DNA from: Octopus bimaculoides
Lineage: Eukaryota
Assembly: GCF_001194135.2 (NCBI RefSeq)
Contig: NC_068982.1
Location: 192,326,645-192,390,644 of the forward strand
DNA length: 64,000 nt
Reading direction: 5' to 3'
A program made the position numbers and the translations under genes. Shown one piece after another: positions 37,611 to 51,190 of this stretch. Under the pieces are notes generated by a model. The model had not been told where the DNA came from, did not search any database, and saw only the letters and a program-made list of their open reading frames with translations. Every line of letters begins with the position of its first letter. The stretch's first letter is position 1.

Positions 37611-40600
37611 CTGTGAAGTACATAGAGTAAGTAGCTTAATTTCAGCCTAACTATGGACCATGTGACTGGAAACAGACCAAAGTGACTAGTGAAGTCATAA
37701 AGCAAAATGAAAAGACAGCCCAACAAGCTAGCCTCCACATTGCCACTAAATCTGCTAGAAAAAGCAACCAATTTTCTCTCCCAATGCACTGAACTATCCT
37801 TAAAAAGGAAGGGTACATTGGATAATGTAATTCTAGATACACCAAGTACAGGAAAGGAAAACACTTTTAGCCACAGGTATGCCAAATCAAGCCCATAAAC
37901 AGAATCAGGCTGAACCCTTGTAGGGAGCCACCATAAGCCATACTTGAAATTTATCTACCTATGCAGGTGTTAATAAGGGCTTTTGTAAAAGAATTGGAGG
38001 TTGCTTATATATGCAAGTCACTCCTCTCTACCCAATTAGTGTTGTTCAAGGGAGAGATCCCTATTTTAGGGCCAATACAACTTGACACAAATGTTAACTT
38101 CACAGACTTACAAATACTATCAGGCACCTCACCCAACCCTTTAAGAGTCCTACCAAACCAGGGTTCATGGATTGGTTTTTTTTTTCTGTTGACCCTGAAA
38201 GGATGAAAGACAAAGTAAACCTTAGCTAGATTTGAACTCAGAGTGCACAATTAACCTCTTCAGCAAATTTCAATAACTAACAGGAGTCCCTATTTGTGTG
38301 TGTGTGTGTGTGCGTGTGCGTGTGCATGTGTGTACAAGTGTCTGTCTTGTGTATGGGAGCAGTGTTCATAAGTGTGAATTCTTAATTTGCACATGTCAAG
38401 TGCTGAGCAAATATTTTCATTATCAGCCATGAGGTCAAACTCCTATAAGTACTGGATGACCTATTCTGGGCTAAAGAACGGAATTCAGGATAGGCAGATG
38501 GAAACACTTCATGTAACAGTCATCACTGGTTCCTTATAATATGTCTACATGTGTAACAAATAAAGCATAGCACAGTTTTGTGGCACAATTTACATTATGT
38601 TACCTGAGAGATTCTACTTGGTTAAAGTTTTCTATAATCTAGTTTATGATTCTTTTCTGGTTGCTTTTAGCCTTACCCTAACAGTCTAGACCTTGAATCT
38701 GTTTGGTAGAAGTAGAGAAGTAAATAACTCCTGTTAGCTAAGTAACAGGAGAAGCTAGCAATAAGAACAATTTAAAAGAATGTAATAAAAGATTTCTTTA
38801 GCTGAACGAGTTTAAAACTTAGCCACAATCACAAATGAGTGTAACATTTATCCTACTTTCACTGTTTTAGGTATCCATGTAGTCAGGGACAGAGACCCTC
38901 TCAGCCCTCCTAACCTTGACTCAGTGGAGCATAGAGGATGTAACAACTGGAGGGAAGAAAAAGGACTGAAACAACAATCACCTGCTATTCATTCTCAGCT
39001 AAGTAAACTGGACATGTGCTTTGCTCAAGAACACAATAAGCTGCCTGGTCTCAATCGAACCCACAGTTTTATATTTGTGAAGCCAACATCTGAATCATGT
39101 ACTGTCATCTGTATGGAGAAAGATTATAAAAGAAATATGTAATGAAAAATTGCTTGTGACGACAAGAATGGTATTACAACAACTAAAGGACAACATGGTT
39201 TTGGTGGCCAAGTTATTCTTCCTCAAAAATCCACAAGTCAAGTAATTAACTCCAGTTTTAGAAATTGTTAAGTAGGTGACAATCTGATACTGAACAAGTT
39301 GATAATCTATTCTAGTTAAGTGCCCTACAAATAACCCCATGGTCAAGACACCCAAGTACCAACACTTCCATATAGCACGCTTGAACAATTGTGAAGATAT
39401 TTTCACATGAAACCACTGGTAGCCTTGTTGACCAACAAATAATGAATATTTATTCATTGATGCTGTGTTGAGAAGTCATTCTCACTGTTCAATATTAGTG
39501 TATATATATAAGCTAATATATAGAATAAATAATTGCCTTTCTAATAAATGGTAGATATAATTAAATGAGGTCACCTATAACGACTCACTGATTCTATTAT
39601 TGCCAGCAAATAGCGATCCAAGACAGATAGACACAAAATTAAATGTCACAAAAGAAAGCTTCTGTATAATCAATCAATCTGGTCCAATATAGCAACCAAC
39701 TAACTCTACAACCAGTTTCCATGTTTAGAACGATGGACCATATTTTTGAAGCTTTAAGTATTAAGAGAGAAAAGGTTGGACAACTGTTGAATGGAAACGG
39801 GTGTTTGATATTGGAATTACTTTATTTAGCTGTGATGTGAGGGCTACATGAGCAGAATTGACTAGGCTACAACAACAACAATTTTAAATAGAATTACTGA
39901 CTTCATCCTATCAACTCTAATTACTATACAGTGAAAATATTAATGGCTAACTATTTCAATTGGAATTATTATCTTACATACAGAATGTTTAAAATAAAAC
40001 AGTAAAAGTTGTTGAGAGAATTGACAAAGAATTTGGGACAGAATATTGTTAGAAGGTGAATGGATGGTTAGATTGTCGAAGATGAGAGATGGAAATGCTA
40101 GCAGGGATAAGGGTAAGGAAGTTAAATCATATTCAGCTTAAATTTTTATTGCTTAACAATTTTTTTTACAAAAGTTACAAATGATGAGAAGTTAAAGTCT
40201 AATATCAACATTTCAAACCTTGGTGGGATCGTAAGGTTGAAATTTGGTAAGCATTCAGAAGTTCTTAAAATTGGTTTGTCCCTGTAGCTGGAAGGGAAAG
40301 GCATCGATAAACTAAAAAGGACATCTTTTCTTTTTATCATTTAATTGAAGGCAAATAGTACCATTGATCTTTCCACACTCTTCCAGACGGGTCAGGTAGA
40401 TACAGTTCATGCTGAATTTGAACTTCTTTACATCACTGTAAATCAAACAGGGGCAAAGGAGGAATTTCAAGGAGGCATAGTTCTAGGAAGGAAGAATTGG
40501 GTCACATTTATTATTATGTGGTCCTGAAGAAAGATATTTAGAAGGAAAGGCAAGAGGAGAGAAAGATACATTAGGTGGGCTTTGGCAACACTAAACATGA

Positions 40601-41671
40601 ACCACATTGATATCAGAGGAACTACAACTGTCATGGGCACTGTCCCTTCTCTTCTTACCATTTTATGAGAATATGGAGAAGACCCAAGAAGTATTGTAAT
40701 TATGATGTAAGGGTAAATGGAGGATAGAACATGTAAGTTGGCAACTAGTTGTTACGTAGGGCAATTTGCCAATCAGTTAAAGGATAATATTACAATCAAG
40801 TGTTTGTGTATAAGAGCTGCTCCATTGCCAGGTGTGTGAATGTTAATTATGTTCTGTAGAATATCAGCAAGTCTTCAAGACTGAAGTATTTTTTGGTTCA
40901 GATGAAGAAGTCTGGCTATTTTAGTTATATTATAGAGTTCTGGTTGTCATAAAATTACCAGAGATTGTAAGAGATTTGTTCTGATGCCAAGTCTGCACAT
41001 AAGCTTTGAGAATTCTGAAGAATTTATTCAAAAGACAAAAGTTCAATAAAAGACAAAATAATCAAGAAGTTAAGTAGTAAGCTCCCAGCGAATGCAGTAA
41101 GCATCTATCCTACTCACTGAATATTACATAGTACTGAATTACCAGATAAATATTGACAATTCATAACTTCACTGAATTTGTGCCAAGACAATTACATCTC
41201 ACCGCCTTGCTTAAACATGCAATGAATAAAACTATGAGTAGGTACAGCTTACTGCTGCAATGACCAGAATTAATGAACATTTTATTAACTTATAAAGTTG
41301 AGCTAAAATCCTTAAAAGGACAAGTTCATGGCAGATATATACATGCTTCAGTCTTGTTTCAATGGAATTTGTCCTCATTATTCAAGTGCATTTAATATCA
41401 ATGAATTGTATTACTGATGATTAACCATGTAGCTATGTAAGACATTGAACTTGCTCTCATGTACTTTTAACAAATGTACACAATTGACTTATATGTTGTG
41501 ACTCTTAGTCAATTCCGGTGCATTTTACCGCAACAATCATATTGTGTCTAAAAATGGACTTTGCTTAGCTATAACTTTGTGTCTAGCAAAGAAATTCTCA
41601 AATAGAAACAGACGTTTTCCCACTTATTCTTAAAAACTCAGAGCTGTAATCTTCATTTTATATCTACTTAG

Positions 41672-41873
41672 CTCTTTAGCATTCAGGTTAATCTGACAAA
41701 TGTAAAAAATATTATTCACATTACTATTTTATAGATTCAAAACTTTGATTAAATGTTTGTTTATTTTTAGAATGACATTGTAGTATATGCATGAGAGGCC
41801 AGATCTGGTTGGTTTAAACATAAAACAAGGTAGAATATTTGGGCCTGATATGGCTGGTTGAAATGATAAAGCG
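41672..41873 (+). mobile_element. TTAA-type MITE, decayed copy
   Basis: CTCTTTAGCATTCAG...GAATGACATTGTAG...GAATATTTGGGCCTGATATGGCTGG aligns by eye with the other two copies. Confidence 0.65.
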
Positions 41874-42439
41874 TTGAAGTAGAATAAATTGTTGAATGTT
41901 TCCATTCATTTTCAAGTGTCAACTGATGTAAGTGAGCTTAACATGCAAAAAGATGAAACTTTTTTATGGCTGGAAAGCTTTTAATCACATATCTACTCAA
42001 TCCAGATTGGATCTGGGGCTAAACAACTACTTCCATTTACCTGGATCTCACCCAACATATAATTACTCCATTAAATGCATTTCTCTATAGTAAGTAGTAG
42101 GAACACTATTTAACTGATGGGTGTTTTGCTGATGTTTACATGCAGTTATTATTCTGTGCTGATGCCAAACCTTCAAAGGATAGGAGTCTCATAGCAGCAG
42201 ACTGACAGGCAACGACATATACAACCATGTTACAATCGATTATGTCTAATCATCCTTTTCTGTTATTCTTTTACCAGTTTCAGGCATTGGATTGCAGCCA
42301 TGCTGGAACCCCACTACCTTCATCAGATTTACTTGGCCATATCAAACCCATTGCTTATTCGTTTTAGCAATGTGGTTGTCTTTCTGACACAAAGACCAGT
42401 TTGTTTTTTTTTAAGTGGTAGTGATGTATCAAACATTTT

Positions 42440-42830
42440 TATTTTTTATCTTTTATGTTTCAGTCATTTAGACTGTGGCCATTCTGGGGCACCACCTTAA
42501 AGAATTTTAGTAGAACAAATCAATCCCAGTACTTACTCTTTTTTTAAGCTTGGTACTTATTCTATTGGTCTCCTCTGCCAAACTGCTAAGTTACAAGGAT
42601 GTAAACACACCAATATCAAGTTGTCAAGCAGTGATGGGAGACAAACAGACACAAACACAAACACACACACATGACAAGCCACTTTCAGTTTCTGTCTATC
42701 AAAACCACTCATAAGGTTTTGATCAGCCCAAGGCCATAGTAGAAGACACTTGCCCAAGGTACCATGCAGTGAGACTGAACCTAGAGGCATGTTTCAGAAG
42801 CAAACTTCTTACCACACAATCACACCTGCA
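42440..42830 (-). mobile_element. tRNA-derived SINE (same family as 53755)
   Basis: Reverse-complement homology along the full length. Confidence 0.85.
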
Positions 42831-42894
42831 CCTATGAGCATAAACTCACATGAATTTATATATGCACATATATTTGCATGTGTGTATGTGTATG

Positions 42895-42946
<52 letters not shown>

Positions 42947-43789
42947 NNNNNNNNNNNNNNNNNNNNNNNNNNNNNNNNNNNNNNNNNNNNNNNNNNNNNN
43001 NNNNNNNNNNNNNNNNNNNNNNNNNNNNNNNNNNNNNNNNNNNNNNNNNNNNNNNNNNNNNNNNNNNNNNNNNNNNNNNNNNNNNNNNNNNNNNNNNNNN
43101 NNNNNNNNNNNNNNNNNNNNNNNNNNNNNNNNNNNNNNNNNNNNNNNNNNNNNNNNNNNNNNNNNNNNNNNNNNNNNNNNNNNNNNNNNNNNNNNNNNNN
43201 NNNNNNNNNNNNNNNNNNNNNNNNNNNNNNNNNNNNNNNNNNNNNNNNNNNNNNNNNNNNNNNNNNNNNNNNNNNNNNNNNNNNNNNNNNNNNNNNNNNN
43301 NNNNNNNNNNNNNNNNNNNNNNNNNNNNNNNNNNNNNNNNNNNNNNNNNNNNNNNNNNNNNNNNNNNNNNNNNNNNNNNNNNNNNNNNNNNNNNNNNNNN
43401 NNNNNNNNNNNNNNNNNNNNNNNNNNNNNNNNNNNNNNNNNNNNNNNNNNNNNNNNNNNNNNNNNNNNNNNNNNNNNNNNNNNNNNNNNNNNNNNNNNNN
43501 NNNNNNNNNNNNNNNNNNNNNNNNNNNNNNNNNNNNNNNNNNNNNNNNNNNNNNNNNNNNNNNNNNNNNNNNNNNNNNNNNNNNNNNNNNNNNNNNNNNN
43601 NNNNNNNNNNNNNNNNNNNNNNNNNNNNNNNNNNNNNNNNNNNNNNNNNNNNNNNNNNNNNNNNNNNNNNNNNNNNNNNNNNNNNNNNNNNNNNNNNNNN
43701 NNNNNNNNNNNNNNNNNNNNNNNNNNNNNNNNNNNNNNNNNNNNNNNNNNNNNNNNNNNNNNNNNNNNNNNNNNNNNNNNNNNNNNNNN
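42947..43789. other. Assembly gap flanked by (TA)n
   Basis: N run. Other gaps: 15403-15498, 26555-26770, 29887-30561, 44974-45120, 48543-48663, 59230-59362. Confidence 1.
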
Positions 43790-43836
<47 letters not shown>

Positions 43837-44200
43837 CACATCATTAAAGAATGACGATTAGGATTATATATATATATATATATATATAAATACATATACA
43901 CCCATACATACACACCTGGCATAAGGCCATCTCCCTCTCTACTACACTCCAACTCAGTCAAAGGGGCTCTTTCTGCAAAGTGGTTAGCATTAAAGAAGTG
44001 CATCGTTCCTTAGCCAAATGTCTTCTACTACACAACTAGGGACTCTTTATGGTGACAAATCAAACTTCTTAACCACATAGCTAGTGTTAGTGTCTGTAAT
44101 GCTAAACTTGAAAACTGCCGTGGGCCAGGAGAAGGCAGCATGACAACCACTCAAGTCAATATTCCCAGGAATCACTCCAAATAAAACAAAAGCCTTGAGG

Positions 44201-44586
44201 CTTTTTATTTTGTTTTGTTTTGTTTCAGTCATTAGACTGTGGCCATGATGGGGCACCACCTTGCAGAGTTTTAGTCAAACAAATCAACCCGAGTACCTAT
44301 TTTTTAAAGTTTGGTACCTATTTCATCGATCTCTTTTGCTGAACTGTTAAGTTATGGGGATGTAAACACACAAGCACCTGTTGGCAAGCAGTGAGGATCA
44401 AGACAAACATACACATAGACATAGATATACATACAACGGGGCTTCTTTCAGTTTCCATCTACCAAATCCATTCACAAGGCCTTGGTCAGCCCGAGGCTAT
44501 AGTAGAAGACACTTGCCCAAGGTGCCACACTGTAGGACTGAACCTGAAACCATGCAATTGGGAAGCAAACTTCTTACCAGACAACC
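44201..44586 (-). mobile_element. tRNA-derived SINE (same family as 53755)
   Basis: Reverse-complement homology along the full length. Confidence 0.85.
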
Positions 44587-44801
44587 AGATTTGTTTTTTG
44601 TTTTTTTTTTATGTCAGTGATTCCTGGAAATCTGTTTCCAATAAATTAAGAAAGTTTACAGGGACAGATTTACATATGGACTCCTCTTCCTCTTTGTTTT
44701 AAGTTTGCTTTTTCTTTCCTGGTTCTTCTCCAACATGTCTTACTGCTTGCTGTTATGCCTCATTGCCATCTCTCTCACCACAAGAATCAGTCTCCTGAGA
44801 T

Positions 44802-44951
44802 CACTAGCATAGCTAGGGGAGGGGCAGTAGGGATGATCCACTCTGGGCAGCACTTTTGGTCTGCTGTAGGCAATATGTGTTTTTTGTGGAGTCCGGTGGA
44901 CAGCAAATGAAAGGGCTGCCCCAGACGGCACACACCCTAGCTACGCTAGTG
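44802..44951. mobile_element. 150-bp hAT-type MITE
   Basis: 17-bp TIRs CACTAGCATAGCTAGGG / CCCTAGCTACGCTAGTG (1 mismatch). 8-bp TSD CCTGAGAT / CCTGAAAT. Confidence 0.85.
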
Positions 44952-45120
44952 CCTGAAATCAATCCTCACCGTTNNNNNNNNNNNNNNNNNNNNNNNNNNN
45001 NNNNNNNNNNNNNNNNNNNNNNNNNNNNNNNNNNNNNNNNNNNNNNNNNNNNNNNNNNNNNNNNNNNNNNNNNNNNNNNNNNNNNNNNNNNNNNNNNNNN
45101 NNNNNNNNNNNNNNNNNNNN

Positions 45121-45338
45121 TACCAAATGCCCATACCAATACAGTCTTCTCCATGTAAACTACATCTGATTCCGATTATAACCAGTTTTTCTCTCAACTC
45201 ATTTGTATTATGTCTACCATGGACGCTAACACTGCATGTGTTCAGTGGGTTATACTTGCTTTTTTCCTTTCTAACTTTCACACTGAATACCCAAGCTTCA
45301 CTTAACTGTATACAGTATACGCAGCCTACACTATACAC
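45121..45338 (+). repeat. Exact 218-bp direct duplicate of 35359-35576
   Basis: Base-by-base comparison shows identity from TACCAAATGCCC to CTATACAC. The copy starts exactly at the end of an N-gap. Confidence 0.95.
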
Positions 45339-45997
45339 CTGGACACAGAAGCCTTGTCTTGCCAACAGAGCTGATAGTTCAACAATGTTTTCTACTCTCT
45401 TCTTATTCTGACTACTGTACTTTTGAAACACCACCCCTTGCTTCCACTGTTGGTTAGGTCACCTAGGTAACAGATATCTGCCTTCCAGATATCTGAAGGA
45501 ATTCATTTCAGTACGGTGATGAAGGAATGTGACATTGATACAAAATGCTCAACTAGCCTATAACTATACCATTCTCTATCCATATGGTTATTTAATGTGC
45601 TAGAAATAGCAGTCAAATCTCCTGAATATTACGCAGTACTGTCTTACCAAAAAGAAGAAAAAAAAGGACAACTACATTGGATATTAAGTGTGAAAACAAA
45701 AGATGAGATGAGATAATTATACGTTTGTTCAGTTAATACTGATCTGGGGTAAACAACAGCAATATATTCCAAACTGGTGACACTTTCTAGCATTAAAAAC
45801 AAAAAGCTCTTGTGTTTTTTTTTTCATTCCTAGAGAGTCTGAATGGGAAGTCTAGAGAAGAACTAACATGTTATTGAGGGTAAAGAGAGTTAAGTGAATC
45901 CAAAGACCAAATCTCCAATGACATAACACACCAAATAATAATATATTTATGATTAGATATTATGGGTGTTTACCAAAATATATTGGTAATACATATA

Positions 45998-46124
45998 CAG
46001 GGTGTCCACAAAGTCTGGGTACATGGGGATGAACACATACTTTCATAAATTATTATTTCTTATATTTAATTGTTTATGTTATGATTTTATTTACTCCATG
46101 TACCCAGACCTTGTGGACACCCTG
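45998..46124. mobile_element. 127-bp Tc1/mariner-type MITE
   Basis: 29-bp TIRs CAGGGTGTCCACAA(A/G)GTCTGGGTACATGG with 1 mismatch; TA on both sides. Confidence 0.9.
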
Positions 46125-46408
46125 TATATTCCTATCATTTCTAGAAAGGGATGAAGGAGACTATGTCAGCCAATATGAAGAAATGTATAAGATATCAAAA
46201 TGTAAAAGCAGTTTCTGGCAGTGTCTCATTCTCCAATCACTTTGTACAACTGATATGAAATCAATCACCCAACAAGGGATAATGTCACAAGCAATCACAG
46301 AAATAACACAAACACCAACACAGAGATTTCACAGAAACACCCGCGGGTACATTGTTGCGTCACAACGATTAAGCAAAATGGAGTGACAAAATTTTACATA
46401 CGGTGTGC

Positions 46409-46510
46409 TGACACAATCCATCAGACATATAGTGACACAATCCATTCATCAAACATGTGACATAATCCATCCATCAGACATATAGTGACACTATCCATTC
46501 ATCAAACATG
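46409..46510. repeat. Alternating A-B-A-B tandem repeat (~25-bp monomers)
   Basis: TGACA.AATCCATCAGACATATAG alternates with TGACAC.ATCCATTCATCAAACATG. Confidence 0.8.
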
Positions 46511-46897
46511 GTGTGTTGTTACCATCTTAAACCTTAGACATTGCATGAGAATGGACAACTATTATGTTGCCACATGTATTTTCTCAGACTTGATGTGGTA
46601 CCACAAACTACCATTAAAACGTCAGCAGTCAATGTCAATATTTACAAAGATTATTATGGATGTTTTCTTCTAAACTACAGGATTTTGATATTTCGTATCT
46701 TGTTAGTAACAACTTACAGTAGCAACATCACAATCATTATTAATACTAGCAAGACTACCACCAACAAGAAACAACAGCAACACTACCAAAAATGACACTA
46801 TGACACTAGCTCGGCCTGCTAGAAAGAAGTCTAGCTTTTCTTTTTTTTTTTTAACTCCTATCATACTGTCTTAAAAAGGCCACCATAGTGCGAGATC

Positions 46898-46968
46898 TAC
46901 AGAACTCCGTCACCGTATCGCGGGGGCGGGGTGGAACGTAAAACCCGCGATAATCGAGAGATTACTGT
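46898..46968. mobile_element. Tiny Tigger-like MITE
   Basis: TACAG...TATCGCGGG at the left and CCCGCGATAATCGAGAGATTACTGTA at the right form imperfect TIRs bounded by TA. Confidence 0.5.
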
Positions 46969-47829
46969 ACAAAAAGAAAGGGTGATCACCACTGCAATAT
47001 CCTTGATCAAAGGTCTGCTTAATTTTGGCAGACTTGATGCAAAACAACAACAGAGTCGCCATCATCTTCACACCAACACAATCACTACCACTATGACTGT
47101 CAACAACAGCAACATCACCACTGCCACACAACCAACAATACTAACACCACCACCAACAACAACAACAACAACAACAACAACTACACTACTATCACAAGAG
47201 AAATTTCAAGTTGAATTGTTGCCGTTTGAGATAAGGGAATATGTTGAGAGGGAAGTTGTAATTTAGAAGACTTAGAAATTGTGATAAAAACAAATTTGAA
47301 GCAGGAGAATGTGTTTTTTTTACTGAAATTATTTTTTAGACAAATTTTCTGAAGATAGATGAAGCAAAAAAGAAAAAGAAAAATGTGTGTAATGGAAAAA
47401 TAGGAAAAGAAACTACTTAAATTTATCAGTAAAATCAAATCCATAGGAAAATTAAATCGATATTTTGTATTCGTTGTGAGGTTTCATTTTAATAGGATTT
47501 AAGTAGAGAAAGAGAGAAAGAAAAGGAGCATTTGTGAGGGGAAATAGTGGAAACGAAAGGAAGACGGGTCTTTTTATAAGATGAATGAATAACTGGAATA
47601 TCAGTCAAGTGTGGGTGTGGTGGATGTGTTGATGACTTCCTGCTGATGTGACAACAAGAAAAGAAACATGAGCAGACAAAACAAAGGCAAATATGAGGCA
47701 GTCTTTTCTTTGAGGCACAACAACCACCACCACTACTACTAGCTTTAACAATACCAAATGTCAGTCACAGTAAATAGCTGCTGCTGCTGCCGCGAGATTT
47801 CCCCAGTCCCTCATTCTAACAACTCTACT

Positions 47830-47955
47830 TTCCACCAATCTTGGACTTCCCCGCCCATTAAAACAGTCTTCTTCTTCAACATAACAAGGTAGCCGCCTCT
47901 ATCTCTTCTAGTCTCTCCGTGTCAGTCACTAACACACATCTACAATATGTAAGCA
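47830..47955 (+). promoter_or_regulatory. Candidate TATA-less promoter with a short first exon
   Basis: CCAAT at 47835, GC box CCCCGCCC at 47849-47856, Inr-like TCAGTC at 47922-47927 and splice donor-like GTAAGC at 47949, within a locally CpG-rich patch. Confidence 0.3.
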
Positions 47956-48489
47956 CATATACTTTGAAAAGCTATTTAAAACAGGGCCAACGAACAAAAC
48001 GCATACATGAATGAAGCCCCTTCTTCCTTTGTAGTCGTCCTCACAATTTTTTTTATTACATTTTGGAAGATGAAACCCCTTTCGTTATGTGGATAAGACT
48101 TGGCAAGAATACGAGAAATACTTCTGATACAGAAGACAAACGAAAGGGAATCTAAAGCTGTTTGTTGTATTTGAAACAATAACATTTATTGAAGTGGACG
48201 GAGTGGAAATTGGTCCCAAAATACCAGCGGCTTGCATCGACCCTCTCAACATGAACGTGAGCGAAATGTCCATAATTGGTACTACTTTAATTCTACTTCA
48301 TCTTTATATTGTGAAGTGGGGGGGAGCTTCAAAGACGGAGGAAGAAGACTTCACTAAATAATACTCAATGAGATGACTGTATAACAGTAACTATAGTAGT
48401 GACATCAGTGTGTATGTGTGTATCTCCATGCACGTAAATATATATATGAGTATATATACACGTATGTCTATATATGTGTGTATCCATGT

Positions 48490-48526
<37 letters not shown>

Positions 48527-48663
48527 GTCGCTCTCTCTCTCTNNNNNNNNNNNNNNNNNNNNNNNNNNNNNNNNNNNNNNNNNNNNNNNNNNNNNNNNNN
48601 NNNNNNNNNNNNNNNNNNNNNNNNNNNNNNNNNNNNNNNNNNNNNNNNNNNNNNNNNNNNNNN

Positions 48664-48709
<46 letters not shown>

Positions 48710-49409
48710 CAATACTGTATACCAACTTTTCAGAGATGTCTTAAGTATGGGACTTAAATAATAATGAGTTTTCAAATGTAGTCTCTCAATTCTTTGAGGG
48801 CCAGATGCCCTTCCTGTCAGCAACCCTTATCTGTTCCCAAACAAGATAATATTTCCCTATGGGCAGATATGTTTTTCACAGAAGACTGGAAACAACAGCG
48901 ATTGTATGACAGCAATGCTATTTACAACCATCACATGATGTCAAGACAAGGGTACATACAAAAACACGTACATATCATTATTGTCATTTTAAGATCCACT
49001 TTCCCATGCTTGCACAGGTCAGATGGAGTTTTTTTGAGGCAAATTTTTGACAGGCAGAAGCCCTTCTTGTTCAACCCTCATCTGTTTTCAAATACGATAA
49101 TATTTCCCCATGACCAAACATGTTCTATTCAGAAATTGGAAATGAATGACATAGCTTGTATGACAGTGACAATCATTCTACAAGTATCATGTGATGGCAA
49201 GACAAATACACACACACACACATATAAAACAGGCTTCTTTCAGCTTCCATCCACCAAATCTACTCACAAGTCTTTGATCAGCCCAGGAGTATAGTAGGAG
49301 ACACCTTCTTAAGGTGCCACACAGCAGAACTGAACCTGGAACTATGTGGTTGGGAAGCAAAGTTCTTACCACACAGTCACACCTGCAACTATATATATTG
49401 GTGTCAAAG

Positions 49410-49605
49410 TTTGGCACAAGGTCAGCAATTTCAGAGGAGGTAGTAAGTTGGTCGCACTGACCCCAGTATTCAACTGGTACTTATTTTATCAACCCCAAAA
49501 GGATGAAAGGCAATGTCAGCCTTGGCAGAATTTGAACTTAAACTGTTAAGACAAATGAAATGCAGATAAGCACACGTCCAGTGCACTAACGATTCTGCCA
49601 AACTC
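49410..49605 (-). mobile_element. tRNA-derived SINE with a Nin-like central domain
   Basis: Minus strand TTTCATCCTTTTGGGGTTGATAAAATAAGTACCAGTTGAATACTGGGGTC. Related fragments at ~38200, ~54300 and ~59750. Confidence 0.6.
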
Positions 49606-50029
49606 CTTTCAGTTGCTATCCACTGAGAAGTGTTTGGTCAGCCTGGGGCTCAAGCAGAAGACACTTTACCCAAGATGCTGTGCAGTGGGATTGAATCTGA
49701 AACGACATGGTTTACAAGGGACCTTCTTAGCCACACTTTCACGTCTATACAATATAATTATTTCTGGTAATTTCTAACTGAAGGGATGAGCTTCTCAGCT
49801 TGCCAGTAAATTAACAAAATAGCTTCTCAATAAAAGAAAACATTGCTTTACGAGAAACCCCGTGAAATGATGTAGGGGAAGGGATAACTCATTGTAGTAG
49901 CACCATAAAAGGTAGGGCTGACTCGTTATGGTAACCCCATGAAAGGTGGGGATTAACTTAGCAACTTAGTTTTCTGTGACTAATATCTAAGACTACAACA
50001 CTATTTTTCCCTTTTGTTTCCAAAGCCAT

Positions 50030-50990
50030 TGAACATGATAATCAGGAATAGCCTCCACTTTCAGCTTGGTCATATAATGATTTGAGGCCAACTAGGTTGT
50101 TCTGATACAGTAGAAGGGCTCAGTCTTGTTTCATGTGGTGGAGTATAAACTATTTTTTATTTCACATTGGAAATTGCAACCCAGAGTAAAAAAGGTCCAC
50201 TGTGAATAATCCCTGTTAATCCCGAGATTAATTCTCATCAAAAAGCAATTGTTAATACATATGACAAAGGTTAAGCTTTGTAAACTTTTCCTCTATTCAA
50301 GGTTGCCCAGCAGATCTTCAGGTTTTTGAAACTGGACATTTGTCACAGGTGGCTGGTTTGTTGACAGTTTCTTTAAAGTCTTCACAGATACTTATAGTTA
50401 CAACATTCTCTACAACTGGAACTTTTAGAGAAATCCATTCTGAGAAATTTACAGGCTGATAAATCCCTTCTCACAGTAATTTGTCAAGTTCAACTTAAAT
50501 CCCTTCTTTCAGAGCATATGGAATAGGTGTAGGTTTGAGAAACTCTTGCCCAGTTTTGGAGTTGACCTTGATGTGAAGTTTGATACCCAGAACCGTAGCT
50601 TTACTGAACACCTCACCATACTTATTTGAGAACAGTCAGCTTTTGTTGCAGGACTATACCAAGAACTGCCCATGCAACATTCTGAATAGTTTCTCCCAAT
50701 TCAGTCAGAAGTGTTATAGCCAATTTCAATCCAGCAGAGTTGACCCTTCACAGTGGTCAGCATAAATGCTAAGTCCTTTTTCTAACCCCCATATGTACTA
50801 ACTACCTTAGCAGTTTCTAGTTGAGTGATAGTCTCAGCAGTAGAAGTACTTTGGCAGTAGTTGGAAGAATTTGCAATTGTCTGTCAGTACTTTGTACTTG
50901 AGTGAAGGCAGTTTCACTAATTACTGACGAAGATGTTTCGTTATCAACTTCCATTGCTGTACTTGAGAAAACCCATCCACCAAAACAGAA
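50030..50990 (-). mobile_element. Gypsy/Ty3 LTR retrotransposon pol remnant (protease-RT)
   Basis: Degenerate protease MEVDNETSSSVISE (~MEVDTGASVSIISE) and NWL..LNW, followed by RT-like PTPIPYALK..ELDKL..EGIYQPV..ICEDFKETVN..EKFTKLNL. Confidence 0.8.
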
Positions 50991-50999
50991 TTGAGATTC

Positions 51000-51190
51000 T
51001 AAAACCAAGGTACCAGATAAAAAGCACCCAATATACTTTGTGGAGTGGTTGACATTAAGAAGGGCATCCAGCAGTAGAAACCAAGCCAAAACTATGGAAC
51101 TTGGTGCGACCTTACCAGTTTCTGTCAAGCCATCCAATCCAGGTCAGCAAGGGAGACAGACATTAAATTATGATGATGATGATGATGATT
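51000..51190 (+). mobile_element. RTE 3'UTR copy
   Basis: AAAAGCACCC...AAGGGCATCCAGCAGTAGAAAC...(GAT)n; sits at the upstream edge of the Gypsy remnant. Confidence 0.75.

Noticed and set aside
38677-38730. Minus-strand 54-bp candidate exon with strong splice signals
   Set aside because: Its only open frame is phase-incompatible with the downstream candidate exon, and there is no other support.
42750-44003. 300-385 aa ORFs
   Set aside because: They consist almost entirely of N-gap and (TA)n.
46931-47266. 111-aa Thr-rich ORF
   Set aside because: Starts at GTG inside a MITE and runs through repeat fragments and (CAA)n.
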